Assembly (NCBI GenBank): GCA_021648525.1
Contig: JAKISP010000001.1
Span: 2,061 to 66,060, forward strand
Source: Gammaproteobacteria bacterium
GTDB taxonomy: Bacteria > Pseudomonadota > Gammaproteobacteria > SZUA-140
DNA length: 64,000 bases
Direction of reading: 5' to 3'
The notes under the pieces were generated by a model. It had not been told where the DNA came from, did no database searches, and saw only the letters and a list, made by a program, of their open reading frames with translations. Within the stretch, counting starts at the first letter, position 1. Every line of letters starts with the position of its first letter. The translations under genes were made by a program, and so were the position numbers. Shown here one piece after another: positions 61,511-64,000 of this stretch.

Positions 61511-62329
61511 CTATTTAGCTGCTTTTTCATCGAGCATTTTTTTAAGCTGAACGGCGGGTACATAACCCGGTAGCAAACTACCATCTTCGAATACCAGCGC
61601 CGGTGTGCCACTCACACCGATCTTCCGAGCCAGTGCCATATGCTCCTTCACAGGATTTTCACAGTCACGCTTTTTCGGTTGCTGCTTATTTTTCGCCAAT
61701 GTCATTTCATCTAGCTGATCATCAGCACACCAGACTGAAACAATCTTTTCATATGAGCGACTACCAACCCCCGCACGAGGAAAAGCTAGATAGCGAATTT
61801 CAATCCCCTCACGAAGGTAGTCCGCCATTTCATGATGGAGTTTCTGGCAGTAAAAACAGTCAACATCGGTAAACACATCGACCACATACTTGCGCTTGTC
61901 CTTTTCGGGAATAAAACGAATTTTGGTATCAAGCGCTACCGTTTCCATCAGCTTATGACGGCCCTGTGTGCGTCGCGCTTCAGTAAGATTATCCTGCGTC
62001 GTTAGATCAACCATATCGCCCTGGAACAGGTAACGACCATCCGCTGAGAGATAAAAAATATCCGAGCCGTAGACCACTTCAAATAGCCCTTTGTAACGAC
62101 TCTCTTCAACCAGATCCGGTGTCTGACCGGGAATGATTCTGGATAGTGTTTTTCTCACAGCACTGTCGTCAAGCTGGCCAGCGGGTACAACGAAACGATC
62201 CTCAGGCGAATCAGCTATCGCAATAACACGCTGTTCCACCCCGCCAGACGCAGTGCCTTTGTCTGCAAAAACAGCACTTGAAATAGTGAGCAGTGAGGCC
62301 ACTGCAGCTACCATCATTGTTTTCATCAT
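61511..62329 (-). CDS. dsbC: Thiol:disulfide isomerase DsbC
   Basis: Signal peptide; YLSADGRYLFQG, FTDVDCFYCQKLH, YLAFPR, GTPA, PGY; follows xerD. Confidence 0.92.
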   Translation of the reverse strand: MMKTMMVAAVASLLTISSAVFADKGTASGGVEQRVIAIADSPEDRFVVPAGQLDDSAVRKTLSRIIPGQTPDLVEESRYKGLFEVVYGSDIFYLSADGRYLFQGDMVDLTTQDNLTEARRTQGRHKLMETVALDTKIRFIPEKDKRKYVVDVFTDVDCFYCQKLHHEMADYLREGIEIRYLAFPRAGVGSRSYEKIVSVWCADDQLDEMTLAKNKQQPKKRDCENPVKEHMALARKIGVSGTPALVFEDGSLLPGYVPAVQLKKMLDEKAAK

Positions 62330-62399
62330 ATTTCCCACGGTTACCCAGCATTGCACAAGAGATTGTCATCATAGCAAAATTTGCCCCGTAACCGCGCCC

Positions 62400-63332
62400 T
62401 TATCCTCTTGGGTGATGAGCCGCATGCATCTCCTTAAGTCGTTCTCGCGCAATATGAGTATAAATCTGCGTGGTAGAGAGATCACTGTGACCGAGCAGCA
62501 TCTGCAATACCCTCAAATCTGCACCATGATTAAGCAGGTGCGATGCAAAGGCGTGGCGCATGACATGAGGGGAGAGTGGCTTATTAATGCCAACATCCAG
62601 CGCATGACGTTTAATCAAATACCAGAATGCCTGGCGCGTCATCGAACCACCTCGTCGCGTCACAAAAAGCGCACTGCTTATTTTTCCTTTCAATAAATCA
62701 GGGCGTACCTCTGCCTGGTACTGTTCAATCCACTCCAACGCCTCTTCGCCCAGCGGCACCAAACGCTCCTTGCTGCCTTTACCGATGACCCGCACTACTC
62801 CCTGAGAGAGACTAACACGCGCAGTATCCAGTTCGACCAATTCTGAAACACGCAGTCCTGTGGCATAAAGTACTTCTAGCATCGCACGATCACGCAGGCC
62901 CAAATAGGTCGTCACATCAGGTGCATTTAATAAACGTTCTACCTCATCTTCAGTTAACGTTTTAGGCAATGGCCTGCCTAATTTAGGGGACTCGATCTGC
63001 GCACTTGGGTCTTCATTTAACTCGCCTTCTCGTACCAGGTATTGATACAGACGTCGCATCGTCGAAAGGATGCGCGCACTCGAACGCGCATGCATTCCTT
63101 TTGAAACACAATAAGCCAGATAGGCTAGCAGATCATTTCGCCCAACAGTCATCAAGCTATTTTTACTACTCGCCAGCCATAAGGCCAATTTTTTTAGATC
63201 AGAACGATAAGCCGCCAGGGTGTTTTTGCTCAGGCCACGCTCCATCCAGAGCGCATCGAGGAATCGATCAATCAGACTGCTATCCTGTTCTGATAGCACA
63301 TTCATCGTAGCGGCATCGTTACTGCTTTTCAT
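62400..63332 (-). CDS. xerD: Site-specific tyrosine recombinase XerD (start may be 63305)
   Basis: LWMERGLSKNTLAAYRSDL, YATGLRVSEL, GKGSKER, SPHVMRHAFASH, LGHSDLSTTQIYTH. Confidence 0.97.
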   Translation of the reverse strand: MKSSNDAATMNVLSEQDSSLIDRFLDALWMERGLSKNTLAAYRSDLKKLALWLASSKNSLMTVGRNDLLAYLAYCVSKGMHARSSARILSTMRRLYQYLVREGELNEDPSAQIESPKLGRPLPKTLTEDEVERLLNAPDVTTYLGLRDRAMLEVLYATGLRVSELVELDTARVSLSQGVVRVIGKGSKERLVPLGEEALEWIEQYQAEVRPDLLKGKISSALFVTRRGGSMTRQAFWYLIKRHALDVGINKPLSPHVMRHAFASHLLNHGADLRVLQMLLGHSDLSTTQIYTHIARERLKEMHAAHHPRG

Positions 63333-63801
63333 GATTCAGCAACCACTGCTTAAAATCTAATTCGGCACCATCGCGTTGCCCATTAAAACCACCCAGGCCA
63401 TTCGCTGCAACGATTCGATGACACGGCACTACAATCGGTACTGGGTTACGGCGGCAGGCGCCACCGACTGCCCGTGCAGCACTCTTTAGTGCGGTTGCAG
63501 CATCACCATAAAGGCGTGTCTCACCAACTGGAATTGCACACATAAACTGCCAGACACGCTGTTGAAAGTCACTACCCTGTAATACCAGCGGTAGTGAAAA
63601 CGGCCGTTGTGAGTCTTCAAAATAACACTGTAATTGATGCACAACCTCTTGTGACACCGCGTCAATCGGCACTTTAGTTTGCATATTCATTGAAAGCAGG
63701 TCAATGCTCGCCAGCTCATCTCCCACCACCAGAATACCAAGGCGTATCGAGTCAATAGGAGTAGCAATTACGGCATCATAACTTAGCGGGTCGGCAAGCA
63801 T
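63319..63801 (-). CDS. ogt: Methylated-DNA-protein cysteine S-methyltransferase
   Basis: GSDFQQRVW, ARAVGGAC, VPCHR; between rplS and xerD. Confidence 0.9.
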   Translation of the reverse strand: MLADPLSYDAVIATPIDSIRLGILVVGDELASIDLLSMNMQTKVPIDAVSQEVVHQLQCYFEDSQRPFSLPLVLQGSDFQQRVWQFMCAIPVGETRLYGDAATALKSAARAVGGACRRNPVPIVVPCHRIVAANGLGGFNGQRDGAELDFKQWLLNHEKQ

Positions 63802-63892
63802 CTCTCATTCTCATATCAATAATTTTATTCATACCCAATTGTGCGCCAAAATTAGACTGGATAGAATCACCGTCAGATAAAATTTCACGAAC

Positions 63893-63925
63893 AAAAAAGC
63901 CAGTGACCAACGTCACCGGCTTTTT
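63893..63925 (-). terminator. Rho-independent (bidirectional) terminator after rplS
   Basis: AAAAAA-GCCAGTGAC-caac-GTCACCGGC-TTTTT. Confidence 0.8.
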
Positions 63926-63969
63926 CAATGCGCCAATCTCGCCAAAGACGAGATAAATAGCGAATTATC

Positions 63970-64000
63970 TTATTTCAATTTCTCTTTAATACGAGCAGCC
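63970..64000 (-). CDS. rplS: 50S ribosomal protein L19, C-terminal fragment
   Basis: Minus strand reads AARIKEKLK*, the typical L19 end; synteny with ogt-xerD-dsbC. Confidence 0.8.
   Translation of the reverse strand, partial: AARIKEKLK

Noticed and set aside
62400..63332. Tyrosine recombinase as the integron integrase for the attC relics
   Set aside because: Typical chromosomal XerD in xerD-dsbC context, without the IntI-specific insertion, and about 15 kb away

Overview
Chromosomal window of a free-living or symbiotic gammaproteobacterium, inferred from the guaB-xseA, rplS-ogt-xerD-dsbC, slyD and nadB gene order. Most of it is housekeeping and signalling genes: SNF2 helicase, GDH, guaAB, xseA, zapE, class I fumarase, rhlE, ybiT, slyD, nadB, dsbC, xerD and the end of rplS. 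Five things stand out. (1) At 22275-22718, divergent from a CbbR/CmpR-like LysR gene, are two tandem paralogous candidate sRNAs. Each has two hairpins exposing CCCUCC anti-Shine-Dalgarno loops and is preceded by a copy of the same 60-nt LysR-type promoter. (2) A nadB-linked three-gene operon (Fe-S protein, non-covalent-FAD fumarate-reductase-like flavoprotein, NuoF-like subunit) looks like a soluble NADH:fumarate reductase. (3) A ~2960-aa GlyGly-CTERM surface protein has an apparently nested domain layout. (4) An AT-rich accessory patch (~45.2-50.6 kb) contains degenerate attC-like sites, a T4-type lysozyme plus lipoprotein pair, an IS1182 remnant and a homopolymer-frameshifted secreted-protein gene. 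(5) Other non-coding elements are a 121-bp palindromic MITE-like element, an orphan terminator/sRNA before nadB, a structured rhlE leader and sigma28 promoters. No rRNA, tRNA, CRISPR array, intact IS or prophage was seen. All calls are by eye from sequence motifs; no searches were run.
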